Assembly (NCBI GenBank): GCA_027618255.1
Contig: JAQCFG010000002.1
Span: 1 to 61,788, forward strand
DNA from: Cyanobacteriota bacterium
Lineage (GTDB): Bacteria; Cyanobacteriota; Vampirovibrionia; LMEP-6097
Direction of reading: 5' to 3'
DNA: 61,788 nt
Shown here in pieces: positions 36,497 to 46,323 of this stretch; the stretch's first letter is position 1; each line of letters begins with the position of its first letter. The notes under the pieces are model-generated. The model was not told the origin of the DNA, did not search any database, and saw only the letters and a list, made by a program, of their open reading frames with translations. The position numbers and the translations under genes are program-made.

Positions 36497-37729
36497 ATGA
36501 ATAATTACAAATATTTAGCAAGAACCGCCAAGGGAGCAACTAAATCTGGTCAGATAGAAGCCAATAATATTGAGCTTGCCAAGTTCTCGCTGAAGAAGCA
36601 AGGACTTTGGGTGATAAATATCACTTCATTGAGCTCGAAGAAAACGGGTTCGGGTGCAAAGAAACGAGAAGGGCCAGGCTTCTTTGAGAAAAAGATTGAA
36701 CTTAGAGACATGGTGATTTTTTCTCGACAGTTTGCTTCGATGATTGAAGCTGGTATTGCGATGCTTCGTGTGATCACAGTTTTGATTGATCAAACAGAAA
36801 ATCCACGATTAGTAAAAATGCTTGAAGAAGTTAAGATGGATATTGAACAAGGTATTCCACTTTCGGAGTCTTTGGGTAAATTCCCAGAAGCTTTTGATCG
36901 ACTTTATGTTTCGATGGTTAAGGCTGGTGAGGCTGGTGGTGTACTCGACAAAGTACTTAATAGATTAGCTGGTTTCCTTGAATCAAGAAGTAAATTGACT
37001 CACAAAGTTAAAACAGCAATGACTTATCCAATTTCGGTTTTGATTATTTCTACGATTGTTGTTTGGGTGATGTTGACTTTCATCTTGCCGAAGTTTTCTG
37101 CGATTTTTGAAAGTACTGGTAGTGATCTACCTGCCTTCACGCAACTACTTATTGACGCAAGTAATTTTATACGCTCACCTTGGATACTCTTGGTTGGAGT
37201 GATCGTTTGGTTTATTTATAACGCAATTCTATCTTGGTATGAAACTCCTAACGGAAGATACACGCTGGATAATTTAACTCTCAAGCTACCGGTGTTTGGA
37301 GATATTTTTCGCAAAGTTGCGGTTGCTAGATTTACTCGCACCTTTGGAACCTTAATTGAATCTGGAGTGCCCATTATTACAGCGCTTGAAGTTGTTAAAG
37401 AATCAGCCGGCAATGCTGTGCTGGAGCGTGTTGTAGAAGAAATAAAAGCAGAGACGCAAGAGGGTGGGGAAATTTCAACTCAACTTGCCAAGTCTGATAT
37501 TTTTCCGCCGATGGTAACTCAAATGGTTGCAATTGGTGAAGAGTCTGGTGAATTAGAAACTATGCTTTCTAAGATTGCTGATTTTTATGATGATGAAGTT
37601 GATACCGCTGTTGAGTCACTCACTGCATTGATGGAACCAATTTTTATTGTTGTGCTTGGTGGTATCGTTGGTACTATTCTTGTTGCGATGTACTTGCCAA
37701 TCTTTAATGTGATTAAGACGATACAGTAG
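36497..37729 (+). CDS. pilC: type IV pilus assembly platform protein PilC (T2SS-F family)
   Basis: Two T2SSF repeats, three TM segments, conserved GE.SG.L..ML. Confidence 0.85.
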   Translation: MNNYKYLARTAKGATKSGQIEANNIELAKFSLKKQGLWVINITSLSSKKTGSGAKKREGPGFFEKKIELRDMVIFSRQFASMIEAGIAMLRVITVLIDQTENPRLVKMLEEVKMDIEQGIPLSESLGKFPEAFDRLYVSMVKAGEAGGVLDKVLNRLAGFLESRSKLTHKVKTAMTYPISVLIISTIVVWVMLTFILPKFSAIFESTGSDLPAFTQLLIDASNFIRSPWILLVGVIVWFIYNAILSWYETPNGRYTLDNLTLKLPVFGDIFRKVAVARFTRTFGTLIESGVPIITALEVVKESAGNAVLERVVEEIKAETQEGGEISTQLAKSDIFPPMVTQMVAIGEESGELETMLSKIADFYDDEVDTAVESLTALMEPIFIVVLGGIVGTILVAMYLPIFNVIKTIQ

Positions 37730-37740
37730 TAGTTACGTTC

Positions 37741-37763
37741 AAAAAGCAACTCATGCTTTTTGA
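37741..37763 (+). terminator. possible bidirectional hairpin terminator after pilC
   Basis: CAAAAAGCA-ACTCA-TGCTTTTTG. Confidence 0.35.
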
Positions 37764-37828
37764 CTTAGACTTGGGTTTCCCATGCAAGGTGACTTCGTCA
37801 CCCAATTATCGGACTCAGTTCCTTTAAG

Positions 37829-37900
37829 GATTCACTGAAAAATACAAAGTCTCAACCCTTATCTGTCACGTGCTCTGTACGGGCAGAACCTTTTTTCATA
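37829..37900 (-). repeat. family B repeat, partial copy
   Basis: Matches reverse complement of 44093-44165. Confidence 0.8.
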
Positions 37901-37984
37901 ATACTAGGGCAAGGCTTATTTGAAGAGATGCCGCAGCAGCAGGTATTAGTCCGGAAGAATATGAAATGCAGCGTTATGGTTATA

Positions 37985-38740
37985 TCAGCAACGAGTCGAT
38001 ATTTTAGCTTCCAACATCTTCTGTTTAATCTCAGCAATAGTCAATTCTTTGTAATGTAATAATGAGGCGAGCAAGGCGGCGTCAGCACCTACGTTAAATG
38101 CATCTATGATATCTTTGCAATTGCCAGCACCACCACTTGCAATCACTGGGATATTAACTAAGCGAGCTGCTTTAGCAGTAATATCAAGGTCGTAACCAGC
38201 TTTGGTGCCGTCAGCATCCATACTAGTCAGTAAGATCTCACCAGCCCCAAGATCAGTGACTTGTTTGATCCATTCAAGAGCATCAAGTCCAGTGTCTTCA
38301 CGACCACCACGAACAAAAACATTCCAGGACTTACCAACACGTTTAACATCGATTGCAATTACCACACACTGTGAGCCAAAGTGATCAGCGGCTTCTTTAA
38401 TAAGTTGTGGATTGCGCACTGCACCAGAGTTGATACCTACCTTGTCGGCGCCGGCTTGTAAGAGCTTGGCTACATCGTCGCAGCTATTGACACCACCACC
38501 AACCGTGAGTGGAATAAATACTTGATTGGCTGTTGCTTCGATGATTTTATAAGTTGCTTTGCGCTCTTCGTGGCTTGCGGTGATATCAAGAAAGCAAAGC
38601 TCGTCAGCGCCTTCCTTGTAGTAGTGAGCTGCAAGTTCCACTGGGTCACCGGCGTCACGAATCTCTACAAAGTTGGTGCCTTTGACTACTCTTCCTTTAT
38701 CTACGTCTAGGCATGGGATGATGCGTTTGCTTAGCATCAC
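37985..38740 (-). CDS. hisF: imidazole glycerol phosphate synthase cyclase subunit
   Basis: [22 protein letters not shown] motifs. Confidence 0.95.
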   Translation of the reverse strand: MMLSKRIIPCLDVDKGRVVKGTNFVEIRDAGDPVELAAHYYKEGADELCFLDITASHEERKATYKIIEATANQVFIPLTVGGGVNSCDDVAKLLQAGADKVGINSGAVRNPQLIKEAADHFGSQCVVIAIDVKRVGKSWNVFVRGGREDTGLDALEWIKQVTDLGAGEILLTSMDADGTKAGYDLDITAKAARLVNIPVIASGGAGNCKDIIDAFNVGADAALLASLLHYKELTIAEIKQKMLEAKISTRC

Positions 38741-38844
38741 CCTAGTATATCATTTGCTTGTTTTGAAATTTGTTTTGGCTATACTACGGTGCCGCAAATT
38801 GAAGTTGAGGCAGCTATTCTTTGGTCTTGCTATAATGAATACTA

Positions 38845-40371
38845 ATGAAGGATCTTGGACAATACACAGATATCCACTACGATTCACGACAAGTGAGTCC
38901 AGGTTCTATCTTTGTTGCAATTATTGGTGATGATGTTGATGGTCATGATTATATTAAAGCTGCAATAAATAAAGGAGCAGTTTTAATTATTGCTGAAAAA
39001 CAAATTACTGTGCCAGAGGGGATAGAGCTTTGTGTTGTTGAAGACTCTCGTCAAGAGCTTGCTAGACTTAGTTCTGACTTTTACGGCAAGCCAGATCAAA
39101 CGATTGACTTGATTGCAGTTACTGGTACTAATGGCAAAACTACTATGACGCATCTTTTGCAAGAGCTTTTGCCAAAGACCGCTTTGCTTGGAACCATGGG
39201 CCTCAAAACTTCTGCTAAAGCGGATTATGACGATCTTGGTAATACTACGCCTCAGTCTAAAGAGATTTATCGAATACTGGCTGATCTTGTTAATCACAAC
39301 TTTAAATATCTGGCAATGGAAGTGAGTTCTCACGCACTTGAACAAAAACGTGTCGCTGGACTTCAATACAAGGCGGCTGTGATAACTAATCTAACTCAAG
39401 ATCATTTGGATTATCACGTGACCATGGATAACTATTTTGAAGCGAAAGCCAAACTGTTCAAGCAAGTCAGCGAGTATGTGCTGCTCAATGCCGATGATGA
39501 ATATTACGAGCGTTTCAAAAATAAACTAGGTTCTTTAACAAGTTTTAGTTTCGCGCTGAATGCAGATGCTGATTATCAGGCGATTGATATTAGACCTGTT
39601 TCGAAACACAGTTTCGATGTACAGGTCGCTCAAAAAAAGGTAGCAACCGCGCGGAATGCGCGTGTTGCCTTTGGAGATAATTCCGACTTTCAAAACAAGT
39701 CTATCGAATATAACGCAGCTGGTATGAGCTATACCGTAGTTGCCAAGGGCAATAGGCTCGGCGAAGTGGCTTTGCAACTTAACGGTCAGTTTAATGTTTA
39801 TAATTCACTGGCTGCAATTGCAGTTGCACTTGAGGAAGGAATCAAGTTTGAAGATATTCAAAAACAACTTGCAAAGATTCCACCTGTGGCTGGACGTTTT
39901 GAAGTAATTCAAACTGAAACTAGTCCTACCTGTGTCGTTGACTATGCTCATAGCCCTGATGGATTATTGAATGTACTTCAAGGAGCAAGAGGCTTGGTGG
40001 ATCATGCTAACGACTCACGATTGATTTGTTTATTTGGTTGTGGCGGTGATAGAGACATCACCAAGCGTCCTAAGATGGGCACGATTGCTTATGACTTGGC
40101 TGACTATATTTATGTGACTTCGGACAACCCGCGTAGTGAGGATCCAGATCAAATCATTGCGGATATATTAACGGGGATTCCTGATTTGAATAAAGTCAAA
40201 GTCATTGCTGATAGGCGACAGGCAATTCAAGCTGCCGTTGCAGAAGCTAGGCAGGGAGATGTATTGGTGGTTGCTGGTAAGGGACATGAGGACTATCAAA
40301 TACTTAGAACTGAGACAATTCATTTTGATGATAGAGAAGAAGTAAGGAAGGGAATAGGGATGTGTAGTTAA
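38845..40371 (+). CDS. murE: UDP-N-acetylmuramoyl-L-alanyl-D-glutamate--2,6-diaminopimelate ligase carrying an in-frame repeat insertion
   Basis: VTGTNGKTT P-loop, Mur ligase middle and C-terminal DNPR motif (TSDNPRSEDP). Confidence 0.9.
   Translation: MKDLGQYTDIHYDSRQVSPGSIFVAIIGDDVDGHDYIKAAINKGAVLIIAEKQITVPEGIELCVVEDSRQELARLSSDFYGKPDQTIDLIAVTGTNGKTTMTHLLQELLPKTALLGTMGLKTSAKADYDDLGNTTPQSKEIYRILADLVNHNFKYLAMEVSSHALEQKRVAGLQYKAAVITNLTQDHLDYHVTMDNYFEAKAKLFKQVSEYVLLNADDEYYERFKNKLGSLTSFSFALNADADYQAIDIRPVSKHSFDVQVAQKKVATARNARVAFGDNSDFQNKSIEYNAAGMSYTVVAKGNRLGEVALQLNGQFNVYNSLAAIAVALEEGIKFEDIQKQLAKIPPVAGRFEVIQTETSPTCVVDYAHSPDGLLNVLQGARGLVDHANDSRLICLFGCGGDRDITKRPKMGTIAYDLADYIYVTSDNPRSEDPDQIIADILTGIPDLNKVKVIADRRQAIQAAVAEARQGDVLVVAGKGHEDYQILRTETIHFDDREEVRKGIGMCS
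39591..39703 (+). mobile_element. family-1a MITE-like element inserted in frame inside murE
   Basis: 113 bp, same architecture as intergenic copy 26038-26150; translated as RPVSKHSFDVQVAQKKVATARNARVAFGDNSDFQNKS. Confidence 0.9.
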
Positions 40372-41496
40372 TTAAATTGCCTGTGCCATATGAATATTGT
40401 TTCGATTAGTTACCCTCTTCCCTATGCCCTTCTCCCCATTCCCATCTCCCGCGCTAGCTTGTTTTATGTTTCTATCAGTAGAAAGACTAGACCATAGCAC
40501 TTCAGCAATTGTATTGAGTGCTGTCTTGGCATGATTAAAGATTTCATTAGCGTCTGAGCTTTGAGTAATCCATCTCTGCATGAAGTCCATCATGCTTGGG
40601 ATTAGATAGAAAGATCCAACTAGTTGTTCTTTACGCTTCTCTTCTGGATCGGTTTTTGATGAGAATAAAATGATACTCAGATCGCCCATCAGGCCACCTA
40701 TGGCTCTGACTGAACCAAAGAGCTTGGATGCCCATGAATTCAGGCTATCTCGAGCAAAGAGTAATGCCGGAACTGTACCGGCAATCATTGCCGCGCCGCC
40801 CCCTAAAGCTAGTCCTAGTTTGGTTCTCTCTTTGATATGCACACCGTTGATAAGATCATGAAGCATTGATTTGAAACCATCAATTACTTTTTTATTGTTG
40901 GTTTTGACACTATCATCTTTACTGAGTTCACCAATTCTATCGTTCATATGTTCAAGCACTACGTTGATTCCTGAGGATAAACCGTAAGCTAAGTGGAAAT
41001 TAAAAAATGGTAGCTTGAGTCCTGGAATAATAAATGCTGGCAGGACTCTTGCAATTGCTTCATACATTCTTTTGCCACTGAGGGCTTCAAGACCAGTGTG
41101 AATTTTTACTGCAGATATTCCATAGCGAGAGAATTTAATAGCAAAATCTTTAACTGCTTTACTGACATTTTGTGGTACTACAGAAACAAAAGGTAGCATC
41201 GCACCGAGAGTATGAAGGATCATTGTTGACCAATTGAACCATGAAGGATAATTTTTGCGTATGTAAGCAAGGGTTCCATTGTCTTGTTTGACGTCCTTAG
41301 TAGTTTCTTGTAATGGCTGTTGATTTATTGCAGCCAATTTGAACATAGCTTGCGCCTGACTTTGCTCTGCTGAGTGAGTCTCTGGAGGAATATTAGCCTC
41401 TGCCACGGTTTGCCCAATACTATTATTTGGCTCTGTTGCAGGGCCAATAATCGTATTAGAAACCGGTTCAAGGCTTCTTGTATTTGTTGTTTCCAC
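40372..41496 (-). CDS. hypothetical membrane protein (374 aa)
   Basis: Several hydrophobic helices; no motif. Confidence 0.55.
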   Translation of the reverse strand: METTNTRSLEPVSNTIIGPATEPNNSIGQTVAEANIPPETHSAEQSQAQAMFKLAAINQQPLQETTKDVKQDNGTLAYIRKNYPSWFNWSTMILHTLGAMLPFVSVVPQNVSKAVKDFAIKFSRYGISAVKIHTGLEALSGKRMYEAIARVLPAFIIPGLKLPFFNFHLAYGLSSGINVVLEHMNDRIGELSKDDSVKTNNKKVIDGFKSMLHDLINGVHIKERTKLGLALGGGAAMIAGTVPALLFARDSLNSWASKLFGSVRAIGGLMGDLSIILFSSKTDPEEKRKEQLVGSFYLIPSMMDFMQRWITQSSDANEIFNHAKTALNTIAEVLWSSLSTDRNIKQASAGDGNGEKGIGKRVTNRNNIHMAQAI

Positions 41497-41554
41497 TTAT
41501 TGTGTCTATGCGTATGTACGCAATCTAATATTAGCAAAAAAGTCCTCCGCTATT

Positions 41555-41583
41555 GTTGATATACCCCAGGGGGGTATATCAAC
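41555..41583. repeat. 29-bp palindrome related to 23921-23965
   Basis: GTTGATATACCCC-AGG-GGGGTATATCAAC. Confidence 0.9.
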
Positions 41584-41610
41584 GACATAAACCCTGGCGT
41601 TGATATAGGG

Positions 41611-41731
41611 TAGAGTTGTTGTGTAATGTTCAATAGCAAGGCTTGCGAGCCCGAAGGGTTTATCCGAAGTTTATTACTATAAATGAGGACGAGCGTAACG
41701 CAGCTATTGGGCATTACCCGACAACTCTCTA
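41611..41731 (+). repeat. family C MITE-like element (121 bp)
   Basis: ~28-nt terminal inverted repeats TAGAGTTGTTGTGTAATGTTCAATAGC...; core AAGGCTTGCGAGCCCGAAGGGTTTATCCGAAGTTT shared with 46321-46441. Confidence 0.85.
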
Positions 41732-43099
41732 ACCTAGTTTGGGACTCCTTGCCCAAGTCCCAACACTCCTGCTAAAGAGTATCTTGCGATAAGTCATCAT
41801 GATTATGAGATTCCAGCTCAGTAGAATGTAAGTGATTCCCACTATGGTATTACCAAGAGCTTCCAAGACTTTTTGTTCTTTATATATACGCAAACCATTA
41901 AACATCGAAACACCAATAATGATCGTTAAGCAGATACTTAAATACATTAATGAAGTCAGATAGGTCTCACGTCCATTGGCAAAACGAATCACTTCATAAA
42001 TCACATCTAATGATAACCAAAGAGGAATACTGAATTCTCCTAAGAAAAATAAAGTATCAAAGATTTGATTCAAAGTTAAATTACCTGGTTTGAGCAGTTG
42101 TAAAAAATAATTGAGATATCTTCTCATGCTACCTTCAGCCCAGCGACGACGCTGTTTGATAAAACCATCAAGTGTGGTTACGGCTTCCTCGTAGACTTGG
42201 TTCTCCGGACTAAAACGAATGTCCCAACCATTGACGTGCAGGCAAGTAGAAAGATCAAGATCGTCGGTAATAGTTTCTTCGTTCCAACCACCAACATCTT
42301 CAAGCGCTTCTCGTTTAATCAATTGTCCATTGCCGCGTAATTCGACAGAGCCGCGAATACTATCTCTGCCCATTTGTAAATAAGTATCCATTGCATATTC
42401 ATGGAGTTGCTGGCGTGCTAGCAAATTTGCTTCCGGATTAGAAATTACTTTTTGTGCTTGGACGGCTGCAACTAGTGGATCATCTAGATAGGCAACAATA
42501 TTCTCGATGAAGCCTTCTTTGATTACGGCATCAGCATCCAGCACAAGGATTACCTCTCCCTGAGAGACCTTGAGCGCATCGTTGAGTGCTGCAGCCTTGC
42601 CCGGGAAAGCATCTTGCGGTCTATTAATGGCAATGATCTTACCATTGGAGCTTTTCGCTTTAGAGTCAATGATTTCTTGAGTTTTGTCTTGGCTCCTATC
42701 GTTGATTATATAAATTTGCAAGTTTGTATAACTAAGTTGCAGTAATCTATCGAGGGTTGCAGCAATTACAGTTTCTTCATTGTGCGCAGAAATGAAAATA
42801 TCAATACTTGGCTTATAAGACCCACTTAATTCACGCGGATTACGACGTCTATGATACTGTGCAACAAAAATAAAAATTGCATGGAAGATCATTAGCATTA
42901 TCATCATGCCCAGTAGAGTCAAAGACACATCAGAAGGTAACTTGTCGAGATATTTATTTGGTAGTAATTCCTCAAGCGCTTTAATGAGAAGCCAGATGCC
43001 AGCAATAATTCCAAATAGTGCAAAACGATCTTTATTGTTTCCTCGCCAAAAATTGAAGATTCTTAATTTGCGTGATTTGTTTTTTTTGAGTATTTTCAT
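41729..43099 (-). CDS. membrane glycosyltransferase family 2 (processive, cellulose/PNAG-synthase-like)
   Basis: DIFISAHNEE, VLDADA, QRRRW motifs plus TM helices; start at ATG 43099 overlapping upstream stop (ATGA). Confidence 0.8.
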   Translation of the reverse strand: MKILKKNKSRKLRIFNFWRGNNKDRFALFGIIAGIWLLIKALEELLPNKYLDKLPSDVSLTLLGMMIMLMIFHAIFIFVAQYHRRRNPRELSGSYKPSIDIFISAHNEETVIAATLDRLLQLSYTNLQIYIINDRSQDKTQEIIDSKAKSSNGKIIAINRPQDAFPGKAAALNDALKVSQGEVILVLDADAVIKEGFIENIVAYLDDPLVAAVQAQKVISNPEANLLARQQLHEYAMDTYLQMGRDSIRGSVELRGNGQLIKREALEDVGGWNEETITDDLDLSTCLHVNGWDIRFSPENQVYEEAVTTLDGFIKQRRRWAEGSMRRYLNYFLQLLKPGNLTLNQIFDTLFFLGEFSIPLWLSLDVIYEVIRFANGRETYLTSLMYLSICLTIIIGVSMFNGLRIYKEQKVLEALGNTIVGITYILLSWNLIIMMTYRKILFSRSVGTWARSPKLG

Positions 43100-44007
43100 T
43101 GTTGTTTGATTTCTTTCACCATAGCTTTGAGTTCTGGATATTTTGGTAACCAAGAGCCGTCACTGCTGAAGTTGCCTGGTACTATGTAGCTTTTGAAATC
43201 CCAGGCATCTTCTTTATTGTCTGAGCTTGGTAATAAAGATCTTAGCAAAGTTCCTAGTTCAAATAACTCCCTGAAGCTTAAGTCAGTAGTAAAGGTTTGA
43301 CCTGCTTTGAGTAAGACACTAGGCATTTTAAAGATCATTGCTGGTTCGGAGAGGCGTTTGAGTGCTGCTCTAAAGAAAATATGTTGTCTTTCTATACGCC
43401 CAATATCCCCCTTGTCGATATTCCTATATCTCAAGAAGTTCATAATTTGTGCACCTTTTAATTTTTGTAAGCCTGCTTTAATGTTGATATGTAAGCCAGC
43501 TTTGGAGTCGTGATACTGCATATCAACGGGCACAAAAATTTTAACAGGTCCAATGGTTTCTAATAATTCGATAGCTGATTTCATACTAAAGACAATTACG
43601 TGATCGATTTTTAACCCCAAAAGTTTTTGAACCACTCGCTTACTGAGTTTGTAACCGCCAAGTTGATTGGCGGAATTGATTCTATGAATATCTTTGTGTT
43701 TTTTGAGCTCTATGTAAGTGTCTCGCGGAATACTAATGATGGAGACTTGTTTGGTAAAAGGATTAAAATTGGCAACTACAATGACATCAGACCTGCCGTT
43801 CCAACCTTCTAGTTTGCCTGGAATTAGAGAATCGGCTCCTAATATCATGATGTTAAGCTGCTTTTCAAGTTTGATAGCGTCTGGTTTATCAATTTGCTGG
43901 ATTGGTTGATCTGGTGTAATCTTATTTTCTTCCCAATAAAGGAAATAACTAGCAGTTAATAACATAATGCAGCCAAGAAGAATTAAAATGATGTGACTTC
44001 GTTTCAC
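43096..44007 (-). CDS. LytR-CpsA-Psr (LCP) family protein
   Basis: N-terminal TM anchor, ILGADS...GRSDVIVVANFNP...ISIPRDTY. Confidence 0.8.
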   Translation of the reverse strand: MKRSHIILILLGCIMLLTASYFLYWEENKITPDQPIQQIDKPDAIKLEKQLNIMILGADSLIPGKLEGWNGRSDVIVVANFNPFTKQVSIISIPRDTYIELKKHKDIHRINSANQLGGYKLSKRVVQKLLGLKIDHVIVFSMKSAIELLETIGPVKIFVPVDMQYHDSKAGLHINIKAGLQKLKGAQIMNFLRYRNIDKGDIGRIERQHIFFRAALKRLSEPAMIFKMPSVLLKAGQTFTTDLSFRELFELGTLLRSLLPSSDNKEDAWDFKSYIVPGNFSSDGSWLPKYPELKAMVKEIKQQ

Positions 44008-44057
44008 TCAAATAGTTTAACAGCAGCCAAGACTTAGAACTAGAATTTGTTGCGTAT

Positions 44058-44165
44058 GGACACGCTGAAAAACGAAGTTTTTCTTGTCGGGTCCATGAAA
44101 AAAGGTTCTGTCCGTGCAGAGCACGTGACAGATAAGGGTTGAGACTTTGCATTTTTAGTGCATCC
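44058..44165 (+). repeat. family B repeat, full length (~108 bp)
   Basis: Imperfect ends GGACACGCTGAAAAACG / GCATTTTTAGTGCATCC; copies at 58413-58522 and 37829-37900. Confidence 0.85.
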
Positions 44166-44220
44166 TTATGAAAGACAGTACACTTTCACATGAAGCTTTA
44201 TGCGTATATAATGATAAAGA

Positions 44221-44976
44221 ATGAATTCTGTTCTGAAATTAATTGCGATATTACTTATAATTCAATGCAGCTTAAGTTCTTGTATTGATATTAAGAAAAT
44301 GCTTGGGTTTGATACTTCTGTTGTCGATTTCCCGCCTGGTGATTATCCGGGTACAGCTAAATTGATCACTAACGGAGAAGCTGCTGAAATATCAGAAGCT
44401 ATCAAAGTCACTTTTCTACCAAAGTCAATGGATCTAAAAGATGGCATCGGTGTTTTGCAAATGCATAACAACAGCCAAAGATTTTTTTGGCGTACTGATG
44501 GTAACAATAAAGACTCTTGGAATGTTTTATTTCACAAGGACCAGAACCTCTATACTAGTCTGGAAGAGAGCTTTGAGTTTGATGGTTTAATCAGGACAAC
44601 TGAGATTCAGAATATTCTTGAAGGTAGATTGCATATCAATAACAGTTCTGTGATTCGTGATTATTTTATTGAAGGCTCGCAAGTCTTTCCACCGTCGATT
44701 ATTCCTGGCAAGGATGCTCTTGAAGTTAAAGCGGGTGATGAGTTCTCCATTAATGTTGACAAGATAGGTGAAGATCAAGAGGCAATTAAGGTTTTTTACA
44801 AATCTGCAGAAACTAAAGAATTAGAAACAATGGAAATTCTGAAATTGGAACGAGGTAAAGAAGGCGTCCAATTATTTTTTGCAACTGACAAAAAAATGAA
44901 GAAAGGTACTTATACTCTTTATTTTGAAAGGGGTACGGAATACAAGAGTAATACCATTAGTTTCAATATTATATAG
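44221..44976 (+). CDS. lipoprotein (hypothetical)
   Basis: Signal peptide with lipobox LSSC. Confidence 0.6.
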   Translation: MNSVLKLIAILLIIQCSLSSCIDIKKMLGFDTSVVDFPPGDYPGTAKLITNGEAAEISEAIKVTFLPKSMDLKDGIGVLQMHNNSQRFFWRTDGNNKDSWNVLFHKDQNLYTSLEESFEFDGLIRTTEIQNILEGRLHINNSSVIRDYFIEGSQVFPPSIIPGKDALEVKAGDEFSINVDKIGEDQEAIKVFYKSAETKELETMEILKLERGKEGVQLFFATDKKMKKGTYTLYFERGTEYKSNTISFNII

Positions 44977-45046
44977 TATTACGGATTCGCGCATAATGCT
45001 ATGATTAGCAGCGTTGAGCGTCAGAAAGGAGTTTCAGGAGATTCAA

Positions 45047-46003
45047 ATGAAGATTGCTGTCGTAGGTTGTGGTCATTGGGGTAAGAACTTAGTTCGCAAT
45101 TTTAGCGAGCTTGGGGTTCTGTCATATGTTTGTGATCAAAATCCTAGCACTGTTGAATACATTAAGAATAATTACCGTGGCGTAGAAGTCACTGATTCTA
45201 TCGATGAGCTGCTTGCAAGAGATGATATCGATGGTTTGGTTATTGCAACACCGGCAAGTACTCATTATCAATTAGCTCGTAAGGCTTTACTTGCTGGCAA
45301 GAATGTTTATGTAGAAAAACCATTGGCACAAAACTTTAGTGAAGCTGAAGAGCTACATAGTATCGCTCAAGAAAGGGATATTGTTTTGATGGTTGGACAT
45401 TTGCTTTTGTACCATCCAGCTGTAAATAAACTCAAAAGCCTAATTGAATCCGGTGAGCTTGGACAAATTAATTATCTCAATTCTGATAGACGTAATTTTA
45501 ATCCTAATCATAGAAATGATTCTGACGTGATGTGGGATCTTGCGCCGCATGATCTTTCAATGATGTCTTATATACTTTCTGCTGAACCCACAGATGTTCT
45601 TGCTGCTCGCGCTTGGGCTAGTGATGATGATGGAGTGATTGATGTTGTTCATCTGGATATGCTCTTTCCCAACAATATCGGTGCTCATATCCATAACAGT
45701 TGGCTAGATCCTCAAAAACAAGCTCTCTTAACTGTTAACGGCAGCAAAAAAACAGCCGTGCTCAATGATGTCTTTAAAGAAAACAAACTAGAAATTTATA
45801 GTCGTAACGCTGATGGTTCCTTGACTGTAGAGAAACCAGTTTATTCTAATGATGAACCACTGAGACTTGAGTGTAAGCATTTTCTTGACTGTATTGAAAA
45901 CAAAGCGGTGCCAACCAGCGATGGTAATAACGGCTCTCAAATTGTTAGAACTTTAGAACGATGCCAAAAAATGATGTGCGTTGGGACTCTGAGTCCAGCA
46001 TGA
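45047..46003 (+). CDS. Gfo/Idh/MocA family NAD-dependent oxidoreductase
   Basis: MKIAVVGCGHWGKN Rossmann motif, EKP motif (VYVEKPLA). Confidence 0.8.
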   Translation: MKIAVVGCGHWGKNLVRNFSELGVLSYVCDQNPSTVEYIKNNYRGVEVTDSIDELLARDDIDGLVIATPASTHYQLARKALLAGKNVYVEKPLAQNFSEAEELHSIAQERDIVLMVGHLLLYHPAVNKLKSLIESGELGQINYLNSDRRNFNPNHRNDSDVMWDLAPHDLSMMSYILSAEPTDVLAARAWASDDDGVIDVVHLDMLFPNNIGAHIHNSWLDPQKQALLTVNGSKKTAVLNDVFKENKLEIYSRNADGSLTVEKPVYSNDEPLRLECKHFLDCIENKAVPTSDGNNGSQIVRTLERCQKMMCVGTLSPA

Positions 46004-46323
46004 AAAAGCTAGCTTTGTGGATTTTGTTGTTTGGCATTACTTTTAGTATTGGCATTTATTTTAGTCGTGATTACAAATTTGAACACTACATGATTGAACC
46101 CAAGTCTGATCTTGTTAAGGCTTATAAAATTAATCTCAACCTTGCTGATTGGCGTGAGTACGAAAATCTACCAGGTATCGGTCCTACTTTAGCTCAGCGC
46201 ATTGTTGATGATCGCGCTGCTAATGGGCGCTTTAATGCCATTGAGGAATTGAAGAGGGTGTCAGGGATTGGTGAAGTGAAGTATCAAGTGCTTAGTGAAT
46301 TTATAACTCTTGAAGTACAGTAG
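46000..46323 (+). CDS. comEA: ComEA-type helix-hairpin-helix DNA-binding protein
   Basis: TM anchor plus INLNLADWREYENLPGIGPTLAQRIV; ATGA overlap with upstream gene. Confidence 0.75.
   Translation: MKKLALWILLFGITFSIGIYFSRDYKFEHYMIEPKSDLVKAYKINLNLADWREYENLPGIGPTLAQRIVDDRAANGRFNAIEELKRVSGIGEVKYQVLSEFITLEVQ

Noticed and set aside
37852-38037. 61-aa ORF (likewise 43949-44152)
   Set aside because: Both are largely made of family B repeat sequence.
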